Assembly (NCBI GenBank): GCA_010405405.1
Contig: MU004238.1
Coordinates: forward strand, 1,561,530-1,625,529
Reading direction: 5' to 3'
Length of the DNA stretch: 64,000 bases
Source: Microthyrium microscopicum
Lineage: Eukaryota
The position numbers were made by a program, and so were the translations under genes. Shown here one piece after another: positions 1 to 13,562 of the stretch (its first letter is position 1; each line of letters starts with the position of its first letter). The notes beneath the pieces are model-generated. The model searched no databases and had not been told where the DNA came from. It saw only the letters and a list, made by a program, of their open reading frames with translations.

Positions 1-1788
1 GCATGAACGGACGGTTGTCCAGATTTAGATGTCGATATTGGCCACTTTTAGTCGAAGCCGCGCTTATAAAATAAGTGATCAGGATCCATCCTTCGGTACC
101 GGAAATGCTACAGACGTGATAGTGTCGCCTCGCTAGTTAGGCTCTTCTTGTTGGCGTGTTTCTCGCGTAATTTGTCGTTGTAGTTACAACTTACGAGCGG
201 CTGAAATGAAAAGTGGTTTTGCAGTTGCTTGACCGGCATATGGCAGCAACGAAAGGCAACAGCATTGATGAGACGGAGCATAAATAACTTGAGATAGATG
301 AAAGAGTCGCCACCCCCAGAATCTGCACGTCTCGGCGTCGTGGTTGTGGGCGTGGCTTGCAGTCTAGCCTGGACGTTTGACGGGTGGCAGGCTGCTCAGT
401 GCTGACAGCAGACGTCAAAAATGCCACACAGGACGAAGACTGGTCCGTTCTTGACTATTGAGAGGCCCCTCACGCCCCTCCAAGATGGCTGTGATATGTC
501 TCTGATATGTCATATACCAAACGTGGTAAGAATTGTACATGTATACAAGAGTGGTACCAAGAGCGTACAGAGTTCTGGTTCGGATAAGAATAACTTCCCC
601 GCGAAGGTCTAGTAGTGGGCATTGTTAATTGCACGCGCGCATGGCTGGTCTAGGCCGGAACGGTTTGATAGTGCTCCATAGTGTGGTAGATCAAGAGCTG
701 GGGTGAGATCTGGATATTAATGCATGTGCGCTCAGTACTGAGTACAAATATTATGGTCACTGTGGTAAGTAGGTAGTGGTATCCCCGCGAATTATTTTGC
801 TGTAGGCTGTACATTAGTTTCTTTGCTCTGCATTGCTTTGCATTGCAGCTTGTAGTGTTAATTCAATTGTAGACGATAAATACTTGGTTACAGCAATGTA
901 TATGTAAGTTGTAGTTGACCAATTGTATGATGCTAAGACCAGAAAAAGAACAAGATGAAGCAGCCAATCCTAATGGCCCCTTTAGGATCAATTGTATAGC
1001 CTCTCGTTCCTTCTGTTCTTGGAAAGTTTACCTACCTGCTAAGGCAGCGACTAGCGAATGAATGCGCCTGCCTCGTCTGCGAGCCCGCGCTTGCCCGCTA
1101 CTGTTGTTTTTTGGGGCTCACAGGTTCTTTTGGGCCACGGCTACCCTCACACTGCACACAAGTCGGTCGCTGTTTCCCCAGTGGTCCATCGTTCCTCCCT
1201 GCCAATTCCCAAAGCATCCCTGCGCCCTTGCCATTTCCAGCCAAACCCTCCTCCCCCATTTACCATTACCATTTTACGTGTCTACTCCACTGGAGTGCTC
1301 CGAGGCCTTGATTTGATCGTCCGTCTCCCAGTACCTGCCGCAACTTCTGCCTCTCCACACTCCACACTCCACACTCCACAATACTCCCATCTATCCCCTC
1401 GACTGCCAATTGATAATTCCTTCTCTCTCACAATCTCAACTTGCCTCGCACTGGCTTTCAACAGCCACCCTCTGTACAACACCACCGCCCACCGCTTCCT
1501 CCCTCACTCGCCGGTATTCTCCTACTCCCTGCCTGTACTCTTACCCCTAGCTGGCCCGATTTATACTCCCTGCTCTCACCTGCCGACGCTTCGACTCGAG
1601 TTTGGGCATCCAGATCTGTCGACTGCCGCCAATGAACCAATTGACTTGCCTCTGAGGCCTCTTCAGTGAATCTGGCGCCTCCCGATCACGTTTCCTCCCG
1701 CGCGGAGCTGCATTTGCGCCTTCACTACAATTTTATACCCGATCAAACCTCGATTGTTTCTACTACAGAGCGCCGGTCGCGCTCCACC

Positions 1789-4700
1789 ATGAACGGCCAC
1801 GCCGGTGCTATGGCCCCGCCAGGTGCCATGTACGTTCAAGCACTTTACGATTACGATGCCGACGACCAGACTAGCCTCAGTTTTCGAGCTGGTGATATCA
1901 TCCAAGTCATTACCCAATTGGAGAGTGGCTGGTGGGACGGATTCATTAATGGTGTTCGCGGTTGGTTCCCAAGTAATTATTGCCAATTGCTAGCCAATGG
2001 CCCTCCTGTAGGAGCTCCACAAACCAATGGAGATGCCGAAGATCAAAACTCGCAACACCAGGGCTCTGAGGATGGATATGAGGATCTCGAATATGAGGAG
2101 GATTCTGAGAGCAACACAAATGGAGATGGACCGAATCTGCGCCGACCAGAAAGCGCTGAGCAGGAGCAAGAAGAAGCTGCCTTCTGGATTCCCCAGGCTA
2201 CTCCAGAAGGACGATTATATTATTACAACACCTTGACTGGAGTGACGAGAATGGAACTTCCACTAGAAACATTTTCTGCGCCAGCGGAAAATGGTCCTCG
2301 AGAGCGCAACAACGTTTATATCCCCGACTCAACTCGGCCCCCACCCGAACGAATGGCAGGTGGATATGAGCGCGATGATGATACTGATTATGAAAATTCC
2401 GGTTCCGACCCAGAGCCACGCTCTGCAGTAGAGCCACACCAGCACAATCGAAGGTCGTCAGAATCAGAACGAGCTACGCGAGAGACATTTTCCGACTCCC
2501 GGACAAATCTAGGATCTAATGGACTCTCGACAACTTCATTTACTGGTGTATCCGGAGGGCCCACGTATTCCGCAATGCCACGTCAACTGTTTGATGATGG
2601 CCATGTTTTGCCATTGACCTGGAATAAGCTTCTTGAAGACCTTCGGAGTGCTGTAGACCGATTCCGATACACAGTGGACAACAATCAGCGCTCTGAAATT
2701 GTGAGACGTGCCGAGGATATATCTGATCACCTACGACTCCTCCTCTCAGCTGGCTCGGGAACAACAGACAATCATTCTGGAAATCCATCAATCATTAGCT
2801 CAAATAAGGCCCTCTATCCGATTTTTAGAGAAACAATGTCTAGATTTTCCAAACTGGTTCTTTCGTCTCATATTGCAGCAGCAGACTATCCCCCTCTGGA
2901 CGCCCATGCTAAGTGCTTGAAGGAGGCCGAGGGTATGATGAACGCTGTTTATGGCTTTGTTGATGTAGCGCGAAAGCAACGTGGCGAGGATATCCCTCGC
3001 GTGATTCCGGGTTTTGTGACTGGAAGCAATGTTGGCGGTGCATGGCGCAACAATGCCTTGGCCTCGCTCGACACCCCACCTGCACTTCCATTTTCTGACC
3101 AAGACGACTATGATGTGGTTGCAGAGCCTAACGCAAGACTCGATTCCAAACTTGTGGATAGACTGGAAGATTTACAAAGTCTAATCAGTCAAAGTTGCAA
3201 GAAACTAGATGAACAACTCGTGTTGAATGATAAGCTTATCACTCCCTTAAGACACAAACTTATCGGAGATACTGTCTGCAAGTCCTGCGTCAAGGTTCTG
3301 GAAATTTATCGCCCATTCATTTCCACAATGGAGTCGATCAACCTTTCGCCTTTGAGTGTCGATCTCACAGATCCTCAGATCAAGGAATACAATCTCCAGA
3401 AGCAAATGGTCTACAACCTCACCATGGACTTGATGATCACTTGTCAATCGGTCGCTTCTCCCCTGGCAGATGAATGGGCCGAGGCCAAAAGAGAGTCTCT
3501 AGAAGACAGAATGAAACAAGTGAGCGCTGTGTTGAAAGATATGGACATGGCGACAAACAACGTTATGGGTTCTGTTCGAATGATGGCAGATATGATGCCC
3601 ATGGAAGATATGATGACCAAAGATGACCGCAAAAGATTACAACCGCGGGATCGAGCCATCTCAAACTCAAGCCAAAAAGTACTGGACGATGGAATGCCTC
3701 TAGAGGCGGTCCGTAGCGGCGGTACATCCAAGCTTGAGAGGATATTCGGCGAGCTGCCTGCCCCTTTGCAAACCCAGGACGTGCCAGAATTTCTCCGTCT
3801 CGACCACGAAGGCGAAATAACCTACGACATGAAAGTGAATCCTCCACAGCTTCGTGGTGGTACGCTCACTGGCCTGATTGAGCAACTTACCCGCCATGAT
3901 CGTCACAATTCTGACTTCAACAACACTTTTTTACTAACATACAAGTCTTTCACGAATGCCGAGGAGCTATTCGGAATGCTGGTGAAGCGCTGGAGTATAC
4001 AGCCACCTTATGGAATCGCTCCCGATGACTATCAAACGTGGGTTGACCAAAAGCAAAAGCCCATACAATTCCGTGTCGTCAATATTCTAAAGACATGGCT
4101 GGACACCTACTGGATGGAGCCTGACTGTGAAGAGTCTCGTCACCTTCTCCAACGGATGTCTGAATTTGCAAAGAATCATGTCTCCACTACAAATACTCCT
4201 GGTGCCGCACCCTTGATTACTGCCATTGAACAACGAATGAAGGGAGAGCAACAAGTCAAGCGTCTTGTACTCACACTCAATACCCAAACCCCCACTCCTA
4301 TTCTACCGCGCAACATGCGCCGACTCAAATTCCTTGATATTGATCCTATAGAGTTTGCTCGACAACTTACTATCATCGAGTCCCGTCTTTACGGCAAGAT
4401 TCGACCAATCGAATGCTTGAACAAGACATGGAACAAGACGGATCCAAATGAATCTGGGCCTCATCCTGCAGCAAATCTTAAGCAGGTCATTCTACACTCC
4501 AATCAGCTTACTAGCTGGGTGGCACAGATGATATTAACGCAGGCCGATGTCAAGAAGCGCTGCATAGTGATCAAGCACTTCGTGGCCATTGCTGATAAGT
4601 GTCGGCAGCATAACAATTTCTCTACCTTGACCTCCATTATTTCTGCTTTTGGTACAGCCCCTATTCACCGCCTCCAGCGCACATGGAAGGAGGTGAAAGG

Positions 4701-5217
4701 CAACACCAAGGAAACTCTTGAGTCTCTTCGAAAACTCATGGCATCCTCGCGGAATTTTGCCGAGTACCGTGAGACGCTGCATAAGGCGCAGCCTCCGTGT
4801 ACTCCTTTCCTTGGTGTCTATCTAACTGATTTGACTTTCATTGAAGACGGTATTTCATCCAATCTCAAGAAGAACAACCTCATCAATTTCGCCAAGAGAG
4901 CGAAGACAGCCGAAGTCATCCGTGATATCCAGCAGTATCAAAACGTGCCGTATAGTTTGCAGCCCGTTCCGGAATTGCAGGATTACATCACGACCAACAT
5001 GCGAGCCGCTAGTGACGTTGCTGGCATGTATGATTTGAGCTTGCAAGTCGAACCACGAGAGCGAGAGGAAGATCGAGTTGCAAGGTAAGCTAGCCTACAA
5101 ATTTTGCTTTTTCATCATGATGATTACCATCATACTACACCACTTCAACCTCGCTTTTATTATGGTCCCAATGCTAAAACATCTTATAGACTACTTTCCG
5201 AGTCTGGCTTCTTGTAG
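1789..5217 (+). CDS. CDC25: Ras guanine-nucleotide exchange factor, Cdc25/Sdc25 family (SH3, WW, REM, RasGEF)
   Basis: SH3 (ALYDY..LSFRAGDII..GWWDG..GWFPSNY), WW-like (WIPQATPEGRLYYYNTLTG), REM (FLLTYKSF), RasGEF (ARQLT, PFLGVYLTDLTFIEDG). Likely ATG at 1789. Intron 5085-5189 (GTAAGC..CTAAA..TAG) gives the C-terminus RLLSESGFL*. Confidence 0.93.
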
Positions 5218-6024
5218 GCCGAGCGCATTCATAACTCCGATACCCATTATCCTCTTCCATCAACAACGATAGAAAAAAAGTGCACCTTTAGTCGGTTCTT
5301 TTGTTCTTTCCTTCTATCAGATATGCGGCCTGCGTGCTGTGCAGACTTCTCATTTTTATACAATCTCAACTTTTCAACGACACGATATGCCGCGAGGCTT
5401 TCTGTGTTTCTTAGCAACATCACTTTGGCGAATTACTTACCCGTGGACTACCCCCTGGCGTTTCGGACCACTATGGGCTCTGATGGAAATCGGGACGGAA
5501 ATTTTTAGGCATTTTTTATTTTCTGGGACGACGGAAGCTTGTGGATTCTTGTTACGGCAGCACTTAGCGGGAGAAGCGGGCGAGAGATGGACCTTTTTTT
5601 CCGAGGCATAGATGAAAGAGCGTACATGTGTGGGCAGAGAAGCAGGTTTTATGATGGCATAGGAGACACCTGATGCAGATGGAGGGTTTGATGATTCATG
5701 AGCGAGACAAATGATACGACTCATTGTGACAGAATTCATTATCATTGTGCTTTAACAGTGACTAAACTAATTCATTATACAAAGCGATCTGTCCCTTGAC
5801 TACTAAGCAGCCTCGTTGCGTCGGTCTACCAATTCGCTAGGACACGATGATCATGCGTACTTTACATATTCTTTGAATCCTACACGGCATCCTCCTGATT
5901 CTTGAACACTGCAGCAGTGTATTAATAATATACAAACTCCAATCTTCCACTTCCGTAACTTCCCTCAGGTTCCGTATTCATGCATATCCATAATGCTCTC
6001 CAGATGACTCCGTCTTTGACCAAT

Positions 6025-6938
6025 TTACTTGGCGCGAGTCTTGGGCTGCCCGCTACGCACCCGCTTAGCCTCAGGGCGCTGCAAATGGCGAGGGTCAATC
6101 CAGCTCTCGTCATATCCTGATGCACCAGTCGTGGTCGCTTGGCTAGGCGCAGAAGCCGGGGCAGTTCTGCGGCTAGCTTTCTTCTGTTGGGGGAAGAATT
6201 GCACGATCCATGTGTTATAAATGAAATAGCAAGTGCCACCAAATAATGCAATCAAGAACGCATAGATGAAAAGCCTATCCGCTTCCCGTTAGCAAGATAC
6301 CACTACGACCGGGAAGGCTTGACGTACGTTTGCGGATCAAACAGCGACAACGGCGCCTCAACCACGGACACCGTCCCATTAAATGCCTCCAACTGAAACT
6401 GCACCCCATTCTGATCTTTCACTATGCCCGCCAACAACAACCGCAAGTCCTGTGGATGTAGCTCAGTCGCAAACTTGTAGGTCAGACTCAAATTGCCAGC
6501 TGGCGCAATCTCTGTGTTATACGTAGTCGTTGACAAGTTGCGCACTGGGCCTGCGGCTGTGAGCTCAGTCACGTCAAGCGGCCAGAGGGAGCCGCCAATC
6601 ATGCTGATGGTCACGGGCTGTTCTTCGCCATTGTGGATGGCAAAGTGGGCGGTGGTGGGCCGGCCGTTGACGAGCTTAATGCCAAAGACTTCGCTGTCGG
6701 GGAAGGTTACTTCAGCGGCGACTTTCAGTTGGCTGAGGAGGGGATTGGGTGGGGATTGGCCGGCATTGGGTTCATTGGCGTCTGCGACGATGGGCTGGGA
6801 AGTTGTTAGGGATTTGATTTTGGGTGGGAGTGGGAGGATGGTTGTTTATCATACTTCATTGACTCCTGCGGAGGCGGCTTCTTGGGCAAGGGCGCCCATT
6901 GCGAAAAGGGCGAGAGTTGCGAGACGCTTGATGGCCAT
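6025..6938 (-). CDS. Translocon-associated protein alpha (SSR1/Irc22-like), multi-exon
   Basis: Signal peptide MAIKRLATLALFAMGALAQE; lumenal domain (FPDSEVFGIKLVNG..LTYKFATELHPQDLRL..AFNGTVSVVE..FDPQ); single TM segment; C-terminal YDESWIDPRHLQRP. Introns near 6810-6860 and 6275-6328. Confidence 0.8.
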
Positions 6939-8291
6939 GATGAAAGACAATGCAATGGATTGCTAGACAGGACGAAGAAGAGAAGAAAGAGACTGGTGAT
7001 ACAGATGATACAATGGATAGGAGAAGAGACAAGACTACAGCTCGCGTGAGTTGAGAGATGTGGTTGAAGTGTCCATTCGCCTTGCTTGTTCGGGCTAGCG
7101 GGATGAAGCTTGGATGACAACGTAAACTCTGATCCTAATTGGGACTGGGCGTGGTGCGGGAGGGCTAGAACAAACAAAGTTTAGACAGCGGGCACTTGCA
7201 AGGACACCCTGGGATGTCAACAGGGAGAAACAAGTTGTAAAAATGGTGGCGCTACTGCCCACATGGATTTTCTAAGATATCATGTTCTGATTTTTCAAGC
7301 AACACTAGATTTTGCTAATGTACCGCATTTAAGCAATAAATAGTTCGTCTAATGCAGAATATGCCTTTGTTAAATTGCTTCGACTAAAGCTATAGAATGG
7401 CTCACTATCAAATGGGGGACAAAATATCTGTTGTGCTTCGTTTGCCCACAATATCTACCATCCACAATCCATTCTGTTATGTCTGAGCATTTTGTATGCC
7501 GTAGAATGTGGTTGATAATTAAATGATATCAAGCCAATGGGAGAATTATCGGTTCGGGGTATTCCTAGATAGTAGCGTACGGTATCAGATGCGATTGCAA
7601 TGGTCAACGTGTCGTTGGTGAATGGTGGTCAAGCTTGAGTGGTGTTGGCTCCATCGTCACTTCCTCTTTTGAAGACATACTCTAGCAAAACCACCTCTCG
7701 CTGTTTCACCTATTGCCTGGCACGCTACCACTTTTTTCTACAACTTCCAATCTCTCACATCTCAGATCCGTCTCTCTGTCTCAGCTGCCAACCTTAAAAC
7801 AATTCTTTCACGACCCAATCTGCAGCCGCCTGGCCTTAAACACCGTCGCATTAATCCTCGCTCTTGACCTCGCCTGGTTGGTCCAACACGCGCCATCAAG
7901 CTCACACCAAACGTCAGCTATCTACATTTCTGACGTCCAAAATCTATTGTTGGCTCAGATTCTCCTCTGTCTCGCCAATATTCAAAATTCCATTATTCGT
8001 TTTTCCATTTCTCATTTTCTGAAGGTGCCAACGTGGGCTGCAACTACCCGCAGGCTGCCTTTTGCTGGCCACCTTGCCAGAGTCACTGCAACCGCTCCGC
8101 TATTTAACTTGTTCTAATCCTTCGTCGTTTTCACCCAGCAAACAACTTGTTTTTCTTGTTTCGAGCCTTAAGCTGATGCTCTCTGGCTCATCAACCGCTA
8201 CTTCGCCACCGCCTATCTTCTTGGTCAACGATATATCAGATCAGACACTACACCACCAAACACCACGAAGAACTCTTCTCATATCACCAAA

Positions 8292-10129
8292 ATGTTTCCC
8301 TATTACAATAGTCCTCAATCGATTACTTCCCGACCAGCACGCCACCAATCTCCACGCATAAGCTATGGTGCTGTTCAACAGCCATCAGGCCCGGCACTCA
8401 TTGAACGCCCTCCAGGTTTTGAAAATGATGCTCACGTTTTGGCTCGTGGAAGCCCGATTGGTCGACCATGGACGAAGGATGAAGGCTATCTTGAAGAATC
8501 TCGTAGACTTGTTGATGAAAACACTCGACTAAAGCAAGAAAACCAAGGTCTTCGTGATCAAGCACTGGGCCTTGGGCGACCAATTTTTGACTGCTTAGAA
8601 GACAAAGACAAGGTAGCATATGATCACTTTGCTCTTGATTCTGGAACTACTCTAACTTTTTTCACAGTATGCGATTTTGTTTCTTGATGGCAATTCGACC
8701 TTTGTCAGTACCATATTATCTCCCAATCGTTCTTCGCTAACCGTCCATTAGTTCAATGAGGAACTTATCCGTCTGGGATATCAGGGCGGCAAAGAAGTGG
8801 CACAATGTCTCATGAAAGACACTGGCGATGCTTTGATCGGCACTGTCTCAGGCTGGAAGGCCCCGAACAAGTTACACATCAAGTATTACGTCGATTTGAT
8901 AGTCATGTCCAAGGTTTACCGATTGTCTATCTTTCTCGACTTTCTCGACGGCCTGTCTTCTTTTGCTCTTTTTGACTGCGTTGTAGTCACAAAGAGTATG
9001 CCATCAAAACTTCAAGGTATGTAATTCTATGACCATGCTCCTATATCCGCGCCATACTAAAGTGCCATTAGCAACCTTGAATTCACATTTATTTCACCCT
9101 GCTTGTGCTCAGCTCATTGTCGGATCAAATATGGATGAAGGGATTGTGAAGTACCTTTTATCTGTTCTTGCACATAACCCCAAAGCCGCAGAAAAGTTAT
9201 GCCTTCTTTCTGGGGCGAAATTGGCTCCAGAGTCGATCGGTTTTGCCATGCCTTCCATCCCAGCGCCTCATGCCATATTTCAGCGACTTTCCATCCAGGC
9301 TCCGTCTAGTGAACAGTCAGCCGATAGTCCGGATGTCTCCGAGTCTCCTGCACCTTCCGATGGACAGCAGCATGGCCATTATAAGGACGCAAATGCTCCC
9401 AAACCTTCGGATACCACCAATGGCCAGCCTGCAACAAACAAAAAGCCACCAAACCCAGCACCAGTGAAGAATTCCTGGGCTGATATCGTCAAGCAGCCGA
9501 CTCCAGAGCCCATCCTTGTAGCTGAGCCACTCCCAGCCGCGCCATCTCGAGCCAGCCGTCACAGTTCTACTGGTTCTACTTGGGACACCATGGCAGCCAA
9601 TAAAAAATCAAAAGTTCACACCCGTAAAGTCTCGAGTGGTAGCAACTTTATGACCGATATCCTCGAAACTTGCGAACAAGACGAAGATGGCATCTGGTGG
9701 ACCGAGACTGGCCGTCGTATTGACCCCGTCCCAGCGAAGTATAACAAAGATGAAGTTGACCGCGTCAAAAAACTCAAGCTTTGCAACGTCCACTACCTCC
9801 GCGGGCCTTGTCCTTATGATCAAGCACTCAAACATCCAAAGGTTAACAAGCATACAAAGGACGGCAAGTGCACCCACCGCCATGACTACAAAGCCACTAA
9901 AGCTGAGCTTGAGACCCTCGCTCTTGTAGCTCGTATGGCCCCTTGTTCAAACGGTATGGAATGCGAAGATGGCCCATGTATCTATGGTCATGTATGCCCT
10001 GCGCCCCGTCAGACCAATTTGCACAAGCTCAAGGGTGGCCCTACTGCCATAGCGGAAGGAAAGTTATGCATTTTTGGCGTTGAGTGTCGCTTTGATACGA
10101 AAATGCACGTCTATGACCTTATAGACTAG
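8292..10129 (+). CDS. CCCH-type zinc-finger protein (putative RNA-binding), multi-exon
   Basis: C-terminal LCNVHYLRGPC..CTHRH and PCSNGMECEDGPCIYGHVCP..CIFGVECRF..MH motifs; N-terminal coiled coil; intron signals near 8612, 8704 and 9017. Confidence 0.75.
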
Positions 10130-10597
10130 GGCGTGTTCTTTCACTCTTGGACTACTGGATCGGGGCATTATACTTTCATCATTTCTCTGTCTTGCGGGGA
10201 ACAGTTGTTGTGGTAGCAAACAGAGAGACGATTCTTGTCACTGCATTTATCCAGCACGGCTGCTTGTGTCAAGGGACAGAATCGAATAGCAAGGCGTTAT
10301 GGGGCATTTATGACTATGACTAGAGATATCCCCAGTGCGTCAGTTCGTTTGGTTCATTTTCTTTAGGATCAATAACAATGAGTCCTTTCTTTACTACTAC
10401 TCTGCCTTCCAGTACCGCGATGATCGTTTGAAAACAACTCAGTGACTAGTGAAATCTTGTGTCGTTTGATACGAGTCAATACTTGAGAACATTTGACAGA
10501 AGTAACAGGGATTGAAATCAGAACAACTGATATTACAGATATATATGCAGACCATCTTCAGCCCAAGTACTCTAAACAACGCTATCAGCCAAGCGAA

Positions 10598-13067
10598 CTA
10601 CGGATATCGTTGGAAAAAGACCACTTCATCAGTATAATGATGCAATGCTTGTGGCCTATACTGATCAAACGTCTCCCCAGACAGAGGATAAATAAAAACA
10701 TTATCCTCGACAACAACCTTGTTCCCAAACTCCTTCCTCAACCTCTTCACATGCTTTGCATATCTCACACCACTATGCGACTCCTGATTCGGCTCTCCCA
10801 GCTCCTCTCTCACCAACTTCTCGTTCCTATTATAACGACTCCGTAAGTGCCGCTTCACATCAGATGCTGCATGATACGGATGCCACACCACAACTTTTTC
10901 CAGAAGCGGGTATCGCTCTGCCATCGAGGCGCCGAGACCGTCGTAGATGCTCGCCATCTCTTCGTACGGTGGGTCATATGCCATCAAATGCAGTGTAAGC
11001 ACTTTTATGCTGGACGGGAAAATGCTGGCTAGTTGGCGGTTCAGTGGCTCGCCAGTCTGGGGATCTAGGCCGCGCAGATTGCGAACACCGGCGCTGGTGG
11101 TGCGTTTGTTGGCGTATTTGACGAAAGTGGATCGGTCTAGGTATTTTATGGGTAAACCTTCTGTTTTGCGGAAACCAATGCCGTGTTTATCGAGTTTCAC
11201 GGCTGTCATCTTTTCAAATTTACCCTGTTCGTCGGTGGGGATGCCGACCCATCGTGTGCTGCCGACGCGTGGTTTTTTGAGCATGTTGAGATGGATGCCG
11301 AGGTTTTCGAGGGCTGTGAAGCCAGTGAGGGATATGTGGGAGAGGGAGTAGTTGGCTCGGTGGGAGGTCTTGTAGATGCAGTGGTAGTGGGCGAAGGAAA
11401 GGTTGAGTTCTTTGAGGGTGGAGCCTAGGTTCTGTTCGAGGAGTTTGATTATGGGGGTCATGTTTGCCTCTGATTCATCGTGAGGAGCGAGATGGGCGCC
11501 GAGGGTGAGTTTGGTGACGCCTTGGAGTATGAGGAGGAGAAGAGGGAACATGGTTGCGGTTTGGTTGTATATACCTCCATGCTTGGACTCGAGTTCGGAG
11601 TTTTCTAGTTCGTTTTTCAATTGGACTCGTAGTAAGGCTTCCTGGAGGTGGCATCGATGACCATGCTTTAGGAGGGCCGCGACGGTCGACTGAAACTCTA
11701 ATCCTACTTGACGGGGTACTTCGAAATCTATGGTACCCTGGGGAGCTGTTAGTCGCGTATTTTGATACATATCTATAAAAAGCTACAGCAAAGATGACTT
11801 ACCCAATAAGTTAGCTTTCGGAGATGGGGAAGAAACAACCAAGGAAGACAGTGGAGTAGATGACTTTTAGCCTCGCTGATGGGAGCGATTTGTCCCCGAG
11901 AGTTCAATACTATAGTATCAATCCAGTTCAATGCTCCCGGTAGATACTTCTTGGACTCGCCGCCGGCTGTCACCGCTCGTTTGATAAGGTGCTTCGCTAT
12001 AATTCTTCCCAGTACAATCCATGCCTGCGTTCCAACATCAAAGCTTGGAATGTCGAGAAAGCTCAGATTCTTCGTATGAATGAGGAGAAGCAGCAATCCA
12101 ACAATTCGTTTCGACGTAGGATCTAGAACCTTGGGATGAATCGCATCGTGCTTGAAGCCTCCAAGAAATTTCTCAATCGTTGTAGGATACACATCTTGGC
12201 CATAGGGGGCCATTTCGTGGAAACCATTTACGCCTAAATCGATATCATCGTAATCGTAGTCCAGTAACCATTGACCAACTTCTCCGGGAACCTTTTCTTC
12301 TTTATAGTGTGGCGTCCCGTCCATCGTGACTCCGTTTACGGTGAATTCCGAGCGCCTAAGCAAACATTAGTCTGTGTGTTTATTTCCAAGGTCCGAGTTC
12401 CAGCTTCCTAGGCCAAGGCAAGGAACTCCAACGAGAGATATATGCTTACCAAAGCTTTTTCGCAATCTCTAGCACACCACCATTCCGAACTTCCCAGTCT
12501 GGTAAAAAGGGCATAGTTCGAACTTGCACGGATTCACGCTCCGCCCAAAGAGTATAAACACGCAAATACACGCCGCACTGTTGTGCGAAGTTGTCAAGGG
12601 ATAGATATCTGTCAAGCATGTTGAAGGGACAGCACTCATTCGTTGGCCATAACCAACCACGACCCTGATAATTTTGTGGTATACCATCGACTCCAAGCTG
12701 GATAAAGTCAGTTTCATACTAACTATAGCTTTAACCAGGAACTTACAGTCAAGAAAAAGAGTCGTGAAATCGACGCTGCGCGATGCACCGGTATAAAATG
12801 CGGGAACATATCTAGTTGATTATTCCGATCGAGTAATATGCTCCTATATCTATTGTATGCTTCTATAGTTCTTGTGCGTAGGTATCTATAGAAGAAATTG
12901 GCGAATGCTGAATGGGTTACGAGCAAGTTGACCAAGTCGTTTGGTGGGATTGTATCTAGAACATTGAGAATTATTTCTGGGGGCAATTGCAGGATGTTAC
13001 GAATGGGTTCTAGTGGAGGAAGGGGAACTGCAGCAAATGACCACCCTGAAGTGCCGAATCCTGACAT
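10598..13067 (-). CDS. Divergent F-box protein, multi-exon
   Basis: N-terminal F-box-like ILQLPPEIILNVLDTIPPNDLVNL; collinear ORFs 12723-13067, 12469-12717, 11773-12363 and 10598-11770 separated by GTAAG-type donors; LRR-like segments (LKELNLS, LENLGIHL, FPSSIKVLTL). Exact exon boundaries uncertain. Confidence 0.6.
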
Positions 13068-13562
13068 TTTGAATTCTACTGAGGGGAGGAAATAATGATG
13101 TTGACGAAGGATATCCAGTCGGTTGTCAATCTGATGTAGTTTATAGGACGGGAAATCTTGATTTCTGCAATGAGAAACTCTAAAGTTAGTAGCAATAATT
13201 CTCTAAGTGGTAATATGGTTTACAACAAAGTATTGGGTTGGAAACAAAGCATTTGGATGCAAACGGATATCTATCTTGAGTTCAGTGAACATGTAGATAT
13301 CGTAAAGTTTATCTCGAAGCAATGCATTAGCGTACATGTAAATGCTCCTGTTCCTGTTAATATCATACAGTTGAAACTCAGACAAAATGGTAAGCTGTTC
13401 CACTCAATATAGAAATTCAACTAATTTAGTTTTGTTGTTTACGAAGTCGCTGTGATGCAACAAAGAAATGCTGTGCTGAGGTTGATGCAAAACGCTCCAG
13501 ATGAATTTGAGGCTGATAAAAGCATTTTGAATACTACAAACGCTAATGCAAAGCTCCGAGTT

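Noticed and set aside
1058..1669. 203-aa ORF upstream of CDC25
   Set aside because: Pro/Ser/Leu/His-rich translation of a pyrimidine-rich promoter or 5' UTR; no domain features.
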